A stretch of DNA of 63,630 bases, counting the filler. It is 11 parts of 11 records of this genome, joined end to end, with 100 filler letters (N's around TTAATTAATTAA, not from the genome) between each part and the next. Parts side by side here need not be neighbours in the genome. Positions count along the whole stretch, not along the records: positions 1 to 4,749 come from SRR7504441_12514; positions 4,850 to 11,803 come from SRR7504441_12529; 9 more parts are not named here. One strand, written 5' to 3'. The notes beneath the pieces are model-generated. The model saw only the letters and a program-made list of their open reading frames with translations. It was not told the origin of the DNA and made no database searches. A program made the translations under genes and the position numbers. Of the stretch, positions 1 to 11,903 are shown piece by piece. The first letter of the stretch is position 1; the number at the start of each line of letters is the position of its first letter.

Positions 1-2375
1 ACCTGGCTGCGATTCCTGGCGCTGACCGCCACCGGAGCCTCCTCGGGGTTTGTTTTATCGGTGCTCGCGGACTGGTGGGAGGCCGGGCCATACCATCAGC
101 TCATCGGCTACGCTGGGTGCGTGCTGCCTGCTCTGCCGCCCTCACGGCGCACAGGTACCTGCTGCTGTCTATCTCCACCCCCGCGACCTACGCTATCGGG
201 GGTCGGATGCGCTTCGCGCGCTTCTGGCACTCAATCCCCCCGCGCTTCCCGATCCCATTCTCGCGGCCAGTGGATGGCGGGCCGACCTTCACGATGCTGC
301 ACACAACGGCCTGGGTGCCGCTGTGCCGCCAGCCTGGGACTCAGCGCTTGTGGGTGCAGCTGATGTACTCGTTTCTCGTGGTCGCCCCTCTGGCTCGGCT
401 TTGCTTGGAGGGCGGCGCAGTGCTTCCGTGGTCCGCCGGAGCGCTGCTGGGGCTGCTGGCACAGGCAGGCCTCCGGGCTCCATCCCTGATAGTGCCGGGC
501 AGGTGCTCATGGTGCTGGCGCTTTTCATGTACAGCCCGAGGGTATCCGCGTCAAAAATGAAGACCTTCTTTGAGACGTCCGACGCAGCCAAGAGTGCAAA
601 CTGGTGCAAGCTGTGGGTGACAATGCAGCTTTTCCTGGCATTCAATGTTCTAGCGCTTGAGCAATTGCAGAAAAACTCGCTGCCAGGTGAGTTCCGCACA
701 GTGGTCGGCACAGTGGTATCTGTCTGGGTGAGGTTGGGTGCCTCTGCAGCTCGCTGAGCTATTGCTGCAGGTGCTCGCTGTCTCAGCGACGCTGACACAC
801 TCTGTAGGAGGCCAGTGGCTCTACCCCCAGTCTTGGAAGCACCTGAATCCATTCAGGGGCGGCTGGCAGCACGTCAGCCTCCAAGCTGCAGGCTGGGCGC
901 TCATATCCTTTGCGGTGATCCAAATCATCCGCTGCGGCTTGAGCAGCCTGAGCTGCGTGGTGATTCCGTTGACGTCTGGCGCTTCGGGACAAGTGCTGTC
1001 CTCTGGCTCTGTGGCAGGGCTGGTGGGCGAGATCCTCTTGGCCTGGTCGCTGCTCGTTTACAAGAGCCCTCAGCAGGACAATGCCAACGAGTCTGTGAAA
1101 GAACCGGCTGTTGGGTGGCTTGAACGTGTCGTACAGGTCCTTGTGGGGACTGCAGGCGGCAGTGGCGTCGGCTTGGTGTTGGTACTCGCCGCTTCAACCT
1201 GGGCCTCGACCTCGCTATGGCCGGTGCTGCTTCGACAGCTTGATCAAATCATGCAATTGGCCCAACAAAGCACTTTGGCCACTGCAGCAGTCTTGGCTGT
1301 GATGTTGGCTGGGCGCTCCCTTCTTAATTCTGCCCTGACCGACTCGAGCGCTCCTCAGTACCCGGCTGGCTCGGAGCGCCGACGCAACCTCGACCGGCTC
1401 CGTGCCCAGAGCAGGCAGTTCCCCAGGCCTTATCCGAACGGTTGGTACTTTGTGAGTGAGTCGGATGAGCTGCAGGAAGGCGTGCTCCAGAGCGTGGCCA
1501 TGTGCGGTGGGCGAGTAGAGCTCACGAGAGAGGGCAGTGCCATCCCGTCGGCAAGATGGTTTGATGAGCAGTCGAGCAAGTCTGCACGCGGGCAGCCGCT
1601 CCGTGTGCAGGAGAGGCTTGGGATGGTGCTGGTGTGGATCTGCGCTGACCGGCAGGAGCCTTTCTTCGAACTCACGATGCTCGATGAGCTCGAGGATCAG
1701 GCCGAGTTCCGGTTTATTGACTCCAAAGAGTGGGAGCCGTTCCAGATGCACGTGATGGAGCCGTCGCAGAATAGCGCAGACTGGTACCACTTCCAGACAG
1801 TCCACCAATGGCTCGGGCAGGATGCCAGCTCACACATCCCAAAGGCGCTGTATGTGGAGCATGAGCTCAAGTGCCAATATGGCAACTGTGTGAACAACAA
1901 AGTCTCTGCTGACGAGCACACAGATCTTGTGCCTCATGAATTGCTCATCCATGAATATGTGCGAGGCCTCAAGCTCTTCGGGTTCATACCACTACCAGGC
2001 TTTCTGGCGACGCTTCTCACCACCAAAGTGAGGATGCAGGGGCCGACTGTCATTATGTTTGTCATCGACAACTGGCTGATGGGCCGTTTCCGAGCCGTGT
2101 TCACGCTGACTCCTACAGAGCCGTTCGAGCAGCGTGCTAGACTATCTGCTTTTGCTTCTCGTCGCTGGCCTTGGTGGCTCGCGCGAGTGTTGATGAAGAT
2201 CGTGATGGCAACTGTGGACCAAGACCGCCAAGTCTGGGAGCACAAGCTAGCCGTCGCTCCAAGGAATCTGGTTTATGGCGACGGCCCGTTCTTGCCTTAT
2301 GGTAAGTGGTTAGAGCAGTTCTATTCACCACAGTCTCTTGACTGGGATGCAGTTTTAGCGCGAGGCGGCATCTAG
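1..2375 (+). CDS. Neverland/DAF-36-like Rieske-family sterol desaturase paralogue A. It has a multi-TM N-terminus and an intact mononuclear-iron catalytic domain but no Rieske cluster ligands. 5' truncated, spliced.
   Basis: FPRPYPNGWY start of the Rieske fold; EPSQNSADWYHFQTVH (D-x2-H-x4-H); QDRQVWEHK; GDGPF...W..QFY C-terminus. No CxH/CxxH between GWY and RVQERLGMVLVW. Introns e.g. 117-154 (GT-AG) and 465-502 (GC-AG). Confidence 0.8.
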
Positions 2376-2551
2376 CGATTTCCATCTAATAGACAATCTT
2401 TACATAATATGATAGATTTAGAAAGATGATTAAAAGTTTATTTGTTATAGGTACAGTAGATCTAAGACAATCATGAATCTTGTACTTGTAAATACAATGT
2501 CATAAAATTTTATGCTCATTGAGACTACAGTAAAAGCAGTTGACTTTCATG

Positions 2552-4374
2552 TCACCATTCCAGCGAATCTAAGCCAGAAAGCTTATCCCACTGCTCCAAC
2601 TCGTCACTATTGGTGTAAAATCCCGTCATCCATTCTTCGAATCTCGGATCAGGCTCCGTCGCTACATAGTCGAGTTCATCGACCAGTTGATTCACTGCGT
2701 TAGCCACGAGGCCTGCTAGCCTCCGTGGGCACCACCACCTCTGAGATACGATGGTACAACTGTCACCGGCTGTTAGCACACTGCCAGTAGGCCAGGCCCA
2801 CCTCATGTGCTGCAGTCTCGCTTGAACGGGCAGTATTGTCAACAGCAGCTGGAACCGACCAAACAACGGCAGCCAGCTCTCAAACAGCCACAGCTATTAC
2901 AGCTGTTAGCATGGTGCAACATGCGGCACTACCTGAGGGCTGATCAGTGTCAAAGAAAGCTCGAGCGAGTACTGTCGCCACAAACGACACGAGCAGCGCC
3001 CCTCAGCACCCATCCGACTGCAACAGTCAGTCAGCAGGGCTCTCCTCCAGGCCAGACTTGCGTAGTTACGGCCAGTTGAGCACTCACCGCCAGAGCGCCT
3101 CTGCAACAGTCGCAAGTGGCAATGCAATAGGCCGCAGGTCCAGCGAGTCTACATGCCACCCGCTTTGAATCTGCTCAAGCCCGGCTGGAGCCTCTTCCTC
3201 CTACCATTTAGAGTAACATGGGTGCCTGTAGGCTGATACCTTGTCAGAAGCTGGCGGATAGGCCACCCACAGCTGACCATGCACCTCTCGCGTTTGGTAC
3301 GCCAGCGCATTCACCTGCTGGTCTCTCAGCTGCACGATGGCGGCAACTCGCATACCCGTGTGCTCCTACCCATTGGCCGATTACAGTATGGAATAGCCTT
3401 GTTTTGACCATCGGCGTCGAAAGCCCACTCATGGTATGGGCATACGACCGTGTTGGCCTCCACCCTGCCGCCATGGCCGAGATGTGTCCCGAGGTGCGGG
3501 CAGAATGCGGAGAGCACTCCTGCGCTATCAACAAAGCACAGCACGGTCAGGACGGCGGCCATGTTACTATCTCTTAAGGCGCTCACCGGCCATCTCCACC
3601 TCGGAATGCCACCAATTCGCGACCCCAGCAAGTACTTGGCTGCACCGCTCGCACAGCAAGGCTGGCGGTGTCGCACAACCGGTACCAACCTCGGGCGAAA
3701 GGAGGCCATCGCTGGCTGCTACTGGCCCTCAGCTCTCGACGAGAACCGGCAGACCGGCCTGAACTAGCTGTATGCGCGGCCCAGACCAGTGCCAGTGCTA
3801 GCCCGGTCTGCGGGAAGCCGCCCCACCATACTAACAGCCCGGCGCCGAGAGCGCTGACCACGTGTTCCAGGCGGCCAGGCCCTGGTGCCGTCTGGAACAG
3901 GTACCCGACGAGGGCGCACGCCTGCTCGGCCCAGTGACCCCCTACCAGCACGAACCAATGCCATCACACCTGGATCGAGTTGACGCCCGCGACCAGATGG
4001 CTGTGCTCGCTAATCCACTCGCGGTGTGCTCGCCATGCACGCCATCCGTCCGCGGCGCCCCCGTGCCCGATGGCCAAAGCTCCTAGGTCCAGTTTTCGAG
4101 CGGTCGCCTACCGGGCCACTCGCACAGCCCTGCGCAGCCACTAGGAACAGACCACGGTCGCGAGTACCACGATCACGGCCGTGGCCTCTTTTGTCCAGCG
4201 GGCCAGCCCGGCAGCCATGGCGACGGCCGCGAGGCGTATGGACGCGCCACCCACCGCCGCGGCCACGTGCACCAGCGCAGCCTGCAGCATGCGCAAGGCC
4301 AGCGGTGGAGCGATCCACATCACCCAAGCTGCCACTGCCAGGAGGCTTGCCGCAGTGACGGGAGATGCGCCCAT
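2552..4374 (-). CDS. Neverland/DAF-36-like paralogue B, with an intact Rieske [2Fe-2S] domain and a degenerate catalytic domain; multi-intron
   Basis: PPFARGWYRL...SAFCPHLGTHLG...VVCPYHEWAF..G....IPYC. The spliced C-terminus aligns with paralogue A (GRFQLLLTILP vs GRFRAVFTLTP; EEWMTGFY vs GKWLEQFY) but lacks DxxHxxxxH. Start ATG 4374 is inferred. Confidence 0.75.
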
Positions 4375-4749
4375 GGTAATTTGCCGTTGAATTGAAGGCA
4401 ATAGCGGCCAGCCGACTCGCCGGCATATGGACCGGTCCCAAGCCTGCCCCCCGCCGCCGTGGCTCATTGGCCACGTGCACGCGCTGCACACCCCTGCTTG
4501 CACGACGTGCACCGCGCCACCGCCCACTTTGCGGCTACCTAGCGGCACGAGCGGCCGAGCGGCCGAGCGGCAAGTCTGGCGGCTGACGTCAAGACCGGCA
4601 AGGTTGTGTTAATAGAAAATATATGTACAGTACATATCCACGGTGAGGTTGGCTGAACCGCACAACATGCAGAGGTGACTTAGTGATACGTGATTGTATA
4701 CGTACGTGTGTGTATGTTATAGCGTGGCGAGCCACGCACGGAGCAAAAA

Positions 4750-4849
4750 NNNNNNNNNNNNNNNNNNNNNNNNNNNNNNNNNNNNNNNNNNNNTTAATTA
4801 ATTAANNNNNNNNNNNNNNNNNNNNNNNNNNNNNNNNNNNNNNNNNNNN
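4750..4849. other. Artificial contig spacer (N44-TTAATTAATTAA-N44). The same spacer occurs at 11804, 23760, 27467, 34903, 40041, 44318, 48335, 55892 and 60514.
   Basis: Identical 100-nt linker with stops in all six frames, repeated 10 times. Confidence 0.98.
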
Positions 4850-5149
4850 CGCCCGTCGCACCACCCAGGCCGCGCCTCCCCCGGCCAGCGAAGACGCTGC
4901 TGCCCAGTGAATCTCGCAACCCTGCCGCCGATCAGCCCAAGCTCCGGGCGCAAATACCTGTTCGTTCAGGTATCGATACCGGCCGCCAGCCAGCTCGACC
5001 GCCCGGAAGCGTCCATTACACAGCAGTCCACCGTCGTCTGAAAGGGTAGTCGGGTTGTCGATAGCGCCTTCCACTTGCACCGTGTACTTGGCCGCGCTCA
5101 CGCACTGGAGGCCCACCAGAGCCACCACCAGCAGCTTGTGGATCTTCAT
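4850..5149 (-). CDS. Secreted protein, N-terminal fragment (3' truncated)
   Basis: Signal-peptide-like MKIHKLLVVALVGLQCVSA; ORF runs into the gap. Confidence 0.6.
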
Positions 5150-5240
5150 CTCACGAGCTCACTCGCTCACTTTTTATTTTTTCGGCGATGGATTACGAAG
5201 CTTGAGCCGGCGTGGCTCACACGGGCGGCTTATTGGGCGG

Positions 5241-7843
5241 ATGGCGCAGACCGACGCGCTGTTTGCGGCGAGCTCGCGGGTGGAGTACACCCAGTGCCTC
5301 GTGCAGAACCTGATCCAGCACGCCAGCGCACTGGCCGACGCCACCGCGGACGCTGGTGGGCAGCCCCGGCGATCCACAGCCCGAGCCTCGGTGGGCAGAT
5401 GCGGTGATCGCCCGGTTGCCCCGGTCGCCAGCTCCGCGGCGGTGCGTCTGCAGGGCAGCATGCGGGCCGGGCTGACCGGTGCTTGCGCGGGCAGGTCGGC
5501 TGGTCAGCCCGACAGCGCCGCCACCATCGTTCGGGCGCTGCGGTCTGCTGGCACGCAGCACGCTTCGCTGCAGCAGCAGCAGCTTGCGGCCCGGCGGAGC
5601 CAGCTGGGAGAGCGCGCCAGTGCGGCTAGCCGTGCGGTCCTGGCTGAGCTGGGCTGGCAGACCGGATGGAGACTGCGTTGCTGCACGCGGCGGAGCAGCA
5701 GGCCACTCTGGACAAGCAGATGTTCGAGGCCCGCACGGCGCTAGCCGAGCAGGTCAGCCGCGGGCCAGGGCGCGGGGCATGTCCGGTAGGTGCAATTCGG
5801 GCGTGTGGCCGAGATCGGGCTGGGGAGAGCGTTGGAACAGGCCGGACCAGCTGAGGCGGCGAGGGCGGCGCCAGTCGTGAGTGCCCTGCGCGAGCTGTGC
5901 AGCGCTGCGGCGGAGGTGGTCACGGCACAGGCCGCGGTGGCCGCCGAGGAGATCGCTGAGCTGCTGGGGCGAGTGGACGGGGCCGCGGGGTTGGAGTTTG
6001 ATGTGTTAGATCGGAACAGCGACGGTGTGATTGACAGGAGCGAGTGGGAGCTCCATCAGGGCGAGCAGCAGATCGGGCAAGTCCATGGCCAGTTGCGGGA
6101 CACCCGGCTGCAGGCGCCGGCCTGGGTGGGCCGTTTGAGCGGCCGGGGCAGCTGGCAGAGGCGCGTTCTCAGCTGCTGACCCTTGAGGGAGAGCTGGCGG
6201 CTGAGCGGTCGGTGTGCGAGGTGGCGCCTTGAGCCGGGCAGCCGGGCAGCTGGCGGGGCCAGGCGGCGATTGATAGCCAGAAGCTGCAACTGAGTCAGAT
6301 GCTAGCTGAGAGCACCGAGCCTAACCCTGCAATGCACGCTAGGCCAAGCGAGCTGGTAAACAGTGTCGTGGCGGAGGCCTCGTTGATGCGATCTGCTGTC
6401 GACGCCGCAGAGGCCGACAAGGCCGCGGCCCTTGCCGACACGTCAATTCTCAAGACCCGACTAGACACGGCAGCGGCCGAGAGGCATGCAGCGGCTGCTG
6501 AGCTCTCGATGATGAGAAGCATGCTCGAGGCAGTAGAGGCCGAGAAAGCTGCGGCCGTTGCTGAGAATGCATCGCTCAAATCAAGACTTAAGACTGAAGC
6601 AGCCGAGAGGGAGGCCGCAGTTGAAGCCTGGTCGAACTTGAAGCAAGACTACAGGCGGACGCAAGAGCATAACGAGCAGCAGGCCGCCGAGCTGACTAGT
6701 GCCAAGCTGCATGCGCTGGATCTGCAGCAACAGCTGGACGAGTCACGGCGCCAGCTAGCCTGCGAGGCGCGGCTCACCCGGGACCGGGCATGATGGATGG
6801 CAGGTGGAGGCTGTGAATGAGAGCGCCAACGTACAGGCAAGACAGGCGAGCAGCACAGCTTCGGAGCTGTGCAGCCGGCTCGAGCAGAGCAGCGACAATC
6901 TGCGCAGCGCGGAGCAGCAGGCTACGCAAGCGCAGGCGAGGGCAGCTGGGCTAGAGAGGCAGCTGCGCGAATCGAATGCTGCGGTGGCGAGCCTGACTGG
7001 GCACCTGAATCTGGCGCGCGAGGAGGCGCGGCAGATGGCAGGCCGGCTGCAAGCTGAACAAGACAAGTTTGGCACACCCCGCGGGTGCCTCCTGGGCTGG
7101 CCACGGGGCTGAGCCGACGGCAGGGGGCTCTCGCCGCGGTCGCAGGGTAGTTCTGTGCTCGAGCTGCAGCGAGCACTAGAGCGGGCGGCTCAGTTTCTTC
7201 AGCAGGTGGGTGACCAGAAGCTGGAGGAGTGCGAGCTAGAACAGCTCACGCTCAGCGAGGCGCCCGAGCTAGCGCATGTGGCACTCTCGCAACTGAGCCA
7301 GGGCGAGAGGGGGCTCGTGCTGGCACTCCAGGTGCGATGGCCACGGGCTGGTCCTCTGAGCTGTGTCTGCAGCGATCCGAGCGGCAGCGGGCCCAGGCGG
7401 ACGCGCACTTGGCCCAGTCGAATCAGGAGCTGAGGGATTGGCAAGAGGCGGCCGCTTCAGGCTCGAGACTGTTTGGCGGTGGGAATACAGGCGAACTAGG
7501 GGTGCAGGATAGCCATCGAATGGAGCTTGAGAAGATGGAGAGCAAGCTGGTGGCTGTACAGAAGCAGCTCCGACTGTTGCGGCCAGCTTCGCCGGTGCCG
7601 GGGAAAGCTCAGCTGGATTCGAGCCCGGTGCTGTCCTCGGGAGCGCCGCGGGTGGTCGGCCAACGGAACATGTTGCCACGGCTTGATCAAGTCAAAGCTC
7701 GAGCCCGCAGCCAAACTTGGAGTCAACACCCGCCGAACGCAGAGCACCATCAGCTGAAGGTCAAGTTGGGAGATGCGAGAGACAGGCTGGTGCACGCTAA
7801 GTCGGAGTTCAAGGCGCAGTTAGAGCAAACCAAATTCACGTGA
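5241..7843 (+). CDS. Coiled-coil protein with one EF-hand; many small introns
   Basis: A/E/Q/L-rich exons joined by about 40-nt introns (e.g. GC-AG 6114-6151); EF-hand loop DRNSDGVIDRSE. Confidence 0.65.
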
Positions 7844-8075
7844 TCCGGACACGCTAAAATGATTTGATTTAAAAAATGTTCGCCATGTTGTAACGTGCGG
7901 CGATTTTGTGTACCACATTATGCAATAGATGACTATTGTCGCTGGTCACGGCGCATCACGGTCTACATGTAATCACGGACAAACATAACATGGCCATGGG
8001 CCGTTGGTAGGCCGTTGGCCACCTTGTGTGCAAGGTAACGGCAACCCGGTGCATCGCCCAGCCCAGTCAGACAAG

Positions 8076-10994
8076 ATGGAGCGGACGTTCGTGCTTATGA
8101 TGATGGCCAGCACCGCCACAGCGAAGATCTGGCAGAACGAGCTGTACGGCCACGACATGATCCTCGAGTCCCGCGAAGCCTATGACATCCGGCCGTTCAT
8201 CTCGGGCTTTGGGGATACTCCTGGCGAGCCGGTGACCGTGACGTTCGCTGGCGGGTCATACCCCACAACCGTGGGCAGCGACGGGCGTTGGGAGGTGCAG
8301 ATGAATTGCTGTGACAAGCTGACCAACCAAACCCTCTCAGTGGCCACCGCGTCCGGCACGCCTCTCGAGTACTCGAACGTGGCCTGCGGCCAGGTCTATG
8401 TGTGCAGTGGGCAGAGCAACAGTGAGTGCCCGATAGGGTCGCGATAGGTCGCTGACCGGTGGTGTGGCAGTGGGACTGCCGCTGTCGTATGTGGACGGCG
8501 GCCAGGCGGAGATCGCCAGGGCCGATCGCCCCAATTGGCGACTCTTTACAGTCCCGCGTGCCACGGCGGCGACACCGCAAGACAGCATGCCCAATGCCAC
8601 AGGCTGGCAGGTCAGCTCTCCTGCCACCGCCGCGCCGTTCTCGGCTGTGTGCTATCTGACGGCTAAGCACATTGCGGAGATGTACTGGGGGGACGCTCCG
8701 ATCGGACTGATTTGGAGTGCATGGGGTGGCACAAGGGTCGAGGCTTGGGCCCCTTCGGCTGTGAAGCCACTGTGCGGTCCTAAGGGTCCCGATCCGTACC
8801 GGCAGCAGCAGGCCTACGCGGCGCTGTACAACGCTATGATCCACCCACTCACACGATATTCGATCCGGGGTGCGCTGTGGTTTCAGGGCGAGCATAACGT
8901 AAGCGTGGGGTTTGAGCTAGAGATGACCCTGAACTTTGTCAGGTGGTGACGCATAGCTCGCGGGAGGAGTACGCCTGCACCTTTGGGCAGATGATTAACT
9001 CGTGGAGAGATGCTTGGCAAGGCATCGGAGACTTTCCTTTTCTATGGGCGCAGCTGGCTCCGTATACTGGGTACGCTAACCAGTTCGCTGGGCGAGGCGA
9101 TATAAGCACCATCCGGCTGGCCCAGGCCGATGCGCTACCGCACATTGGACTCGACTCGACTGGGATGGCAGTAACTATCGACCTCGGCGATCCGGCCGCA
9201 CCGGCAGGGGATGTGCACTCGCGTGTTAAGGACCCAGTCGCATACAGGCTGGCGCTGCAAGCGATGCACGTGGCATATGCGTTCCAGGAAGGCGAAAGCG
9301 TGGTCAACCACGACCACCCGGAGCTCACCCCCCATCCGTTTGCGCTGTACTTTTCAGGGCCGGTTGTACGGGAGGTCAGTCTTGTAAAAGGGAGCGTGAG
9401 GATCAGGTTTTTGCACGGGGATGGGCTTTACTTGAATGGCACTATGGGGTGTGAGGTTCACCGCGGAGTGGGCTTTGACGGCGGTGTGATTGGCGGAGAG
9501 TGTTGTCGAGCAAGGGACACTTTCCAGCTTTGCACTGGGGACATCCGCAACACATCGCAGTTGACATGTGTCAATGCAAGCGATGCTCATATCCAGGGCG
9601 ATCAAATCACGCTCGCTCTGCCAGACCAAGCTGTGCTGCCAACGTCCGTCCGCCATGCTTACAGCAACTACCCGCAGTGCGCGCTCTATAACAAACACGC
9701 CCTGCCTGCCTCTCCATTTGTGCAAGCTCTGCCTGTGAGGGATCAGGGTCCTGGTGGCAGCCGTGGGGACTCGGTCGCACCCGCAGTCACCCCGCCGCTA
9801 GGAGTGAATACTTGGAACTCATTCCACTGCAATGTCGACGAGCGCAAGATCCGTGACATGGCACAGGCACTCGTGGACACTGGGTTGCGGGAGGCGGGAT
9901 ACGGTATTTAGATACAGTTACGGCTGAGTCTCTAACTGAGCCCTGTGTGCCAGAATACGTCAACATAGACGACTGCTGGCAAGTGATGCGGTCCCCGAAC
10001 GGTTCAATCAACGCAGATCCGGTGCGGTTCCCCGGAGGCATCAAAGCATTGGCCGATGACGTGCACAGCCTTGGTCTGAAGTTTGGCGTTTACAGCGCCC
10101 AGCGCGAGTTCACATGCCAACGGCGGCCTGGAAGCTGGCTCCATGAGGCAGTCGACGTCCAAAGCTACTGTGAATGGGGAGTGGACTACATCAAGCTGGA
10201 TGCATGCGCTGGGCGGGGGTATGCCCAGAACAACATTAGCTGGATCAAGTTCTCGAATGCCATCGCAGACTGCAGCCGTACCCGAGGGTTCCCGATGGTG
10301 CTCAGTGTGGAGAGCTGTGACGACCCCGACAGCTGTGGCCAGTGGATTGGCAAGCTAGCCAACCTGTGGCGTACAGGGGGCGACATCCAGGCGACATTCT
10401 CATCAATCATGAATAACGTGGCGACGAATACTCGGATGGCAAGCTTGGCCGGCCCGTCCGGTGGCCCGTTGGGGGGCGGGCATTGGAACGATGCGGACAT
10501 GCTTCAAGTGCCCGGGCTGGCTGGCCGATTGGCTGACTTGCCTTGTGCTGCAGGTGGGCGATATTGGGCTGAGCTTGACTGAGCAACGGACGCAGTTCGG
10601 CCTGTGGGCTCTGATGGCTTCGCCGCTATTGATTGGGTCCGATGTGAGCATGCTTTCAAACGAGTCACTGGCCATTTTGGGTAACAAAGAGGTGACCGCC
10701 ATCAACCAAGACAGTCTGGGCAAGCAAGGCATTCCAGTTGGCCCAAACGCGACCGACCCCACGACAGCACCATGTTGGGCCAAGCCACTGGCTGGTGGCA
10801 CCGTAGCGGCCATCCTTCTCAATGTCGCAGATGAACCTAAACGAATCAGTTGCACGCTGCAGGATCTGGGACTCGAGACTGTAACGTCTGCTCGAGATTT
10901 GTGGCTTCATCGAGACCTTGGGCTCCCGCAGGATGGTGTGATCACCGCACTGGTCCAATCGCACGACTCGCTTTTCGTCAAGCTCACTCCATGA
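8076..10994 (+). CDS. Secreted sialate-O-acetylesterase-like (SASA/SGNH) domain fused to a GH27 alpha-galactosidase; 4 introns
   Basis: CSGQSN|M, GGTRVEAW, LWFQGE, D.H..K for the esterase. TPPLGVNTWN, YVNIDDCW, YIKLDAC, WRTGGD, WNDADML for GH27. The two domains share one exon ORF (8943-9911). Confidence 0.85.
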
Positions 10995-11434
10995 GCCCAA
11001 ATATACATGAATCGACTGATCGGCCTATTTGAGATTACTAGTGGCCATGCGAGCTTCACGCAGCTTCATTTTCCAAATTGATTCATGCTCGTTATTCCGC
11101 TCGTATACGTCACTCGCACGCTTAGATGTACCCATGCCTACATGTCTGGCGCACCACCCAAGGGTAGCCCGTACGGCTCGAAACGCGAGATGCAAGAATC
11201 TAGCGGACCTCATCAATTAAGCTCACCCGTACCACGTGCAAAATCGCTTTAGGATTTTGTTTATCACACAAGGGGTTAGCATTCTGACCCATGAAAACAC
11301 GACTTTATTTTTTAGTCTTTACTGAGTCCACCCAACACTGGCGCTATTATTATTTAGTAACAAGTACCTTCCTTTTGAGGAATTAAATCGATCCCGAGAG
11401 CTCGTCCTCCCTACAACTGTAACACAAAAGCACC

Positions 11435-11650
11435 ATGCTCACCAAGCTCCTCCTGCTCGCCGGACTCGCCGCCGCCGCTCATGCCGCGCCCACCCGGCCA
11501 ACCGATATCCCCGCGTCAACCCCAGCCACACCAGCCGTGGCGAACACGGTCGACCAGCCGGACTGGGTGAAGAAACTTCATGCGGACATGCCCTCGAGTA
11601 TGCCTGAAGAACTGGCCCAACAAGCCCCTGAGATGGAGCAGAGAAAGTAG
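11435..11650 (+). CDS. Small secreted peptide (71 aa, or the first exon of a longer gene)
   Basis: Context gcaccATG; signal peptide MLTKLLLLAGLAAAAHA; P/T/A-rich. Confidence 0.55.
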   Translation: MLTKLLLLAGLAAAAHAAPTRPTDIPASTPATPAVANTVDQPDWVKKLHADMPSSMPEELAQQAPEMEQRK

Positions 11651-11667
11651 AGTGAGATGGAGCAGCG

Positions 11668-11803
11668 GAATGAATGAATGAATGCATGAATGCATGAATG
11701 GATTGATGGATGAGTGAGTGAATGGATGGATGAATGAATGCATACCCGCTCAGGCGGGTTTTATCTGAAAGGTAGAGAAAGTAGAGAAAGTAGAGAAAGT
11801 AGA
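11668..11803. repeat. (GAAT/GGAT)n microsatellite, then hairpin ACCCGC-TCAG-GCGGGT, then a (GTAGAGAAA)n tandem repeat
   Basis: Directly visible at the contig end. Confidence 0.85.
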
Positions 11804-11903
11804 NNNNNNNNNNNNNNNNNNNNNNNNNNNNNNNNNNNNNNNNNNNNTTAATTAATTAANNNNNNNNNNNNNNNNNNNNNNNNNNNNNNNNNNNNNNNNN
11901 NNN

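Noticed and set aside
11285-11297. TGACCCATGAAAA, resembling a ciliate-type USE, within a small hairpin
   Set aside because: I recognise no snRNA or other RNA gene downstream; the next feature is a protein-coding ORF.
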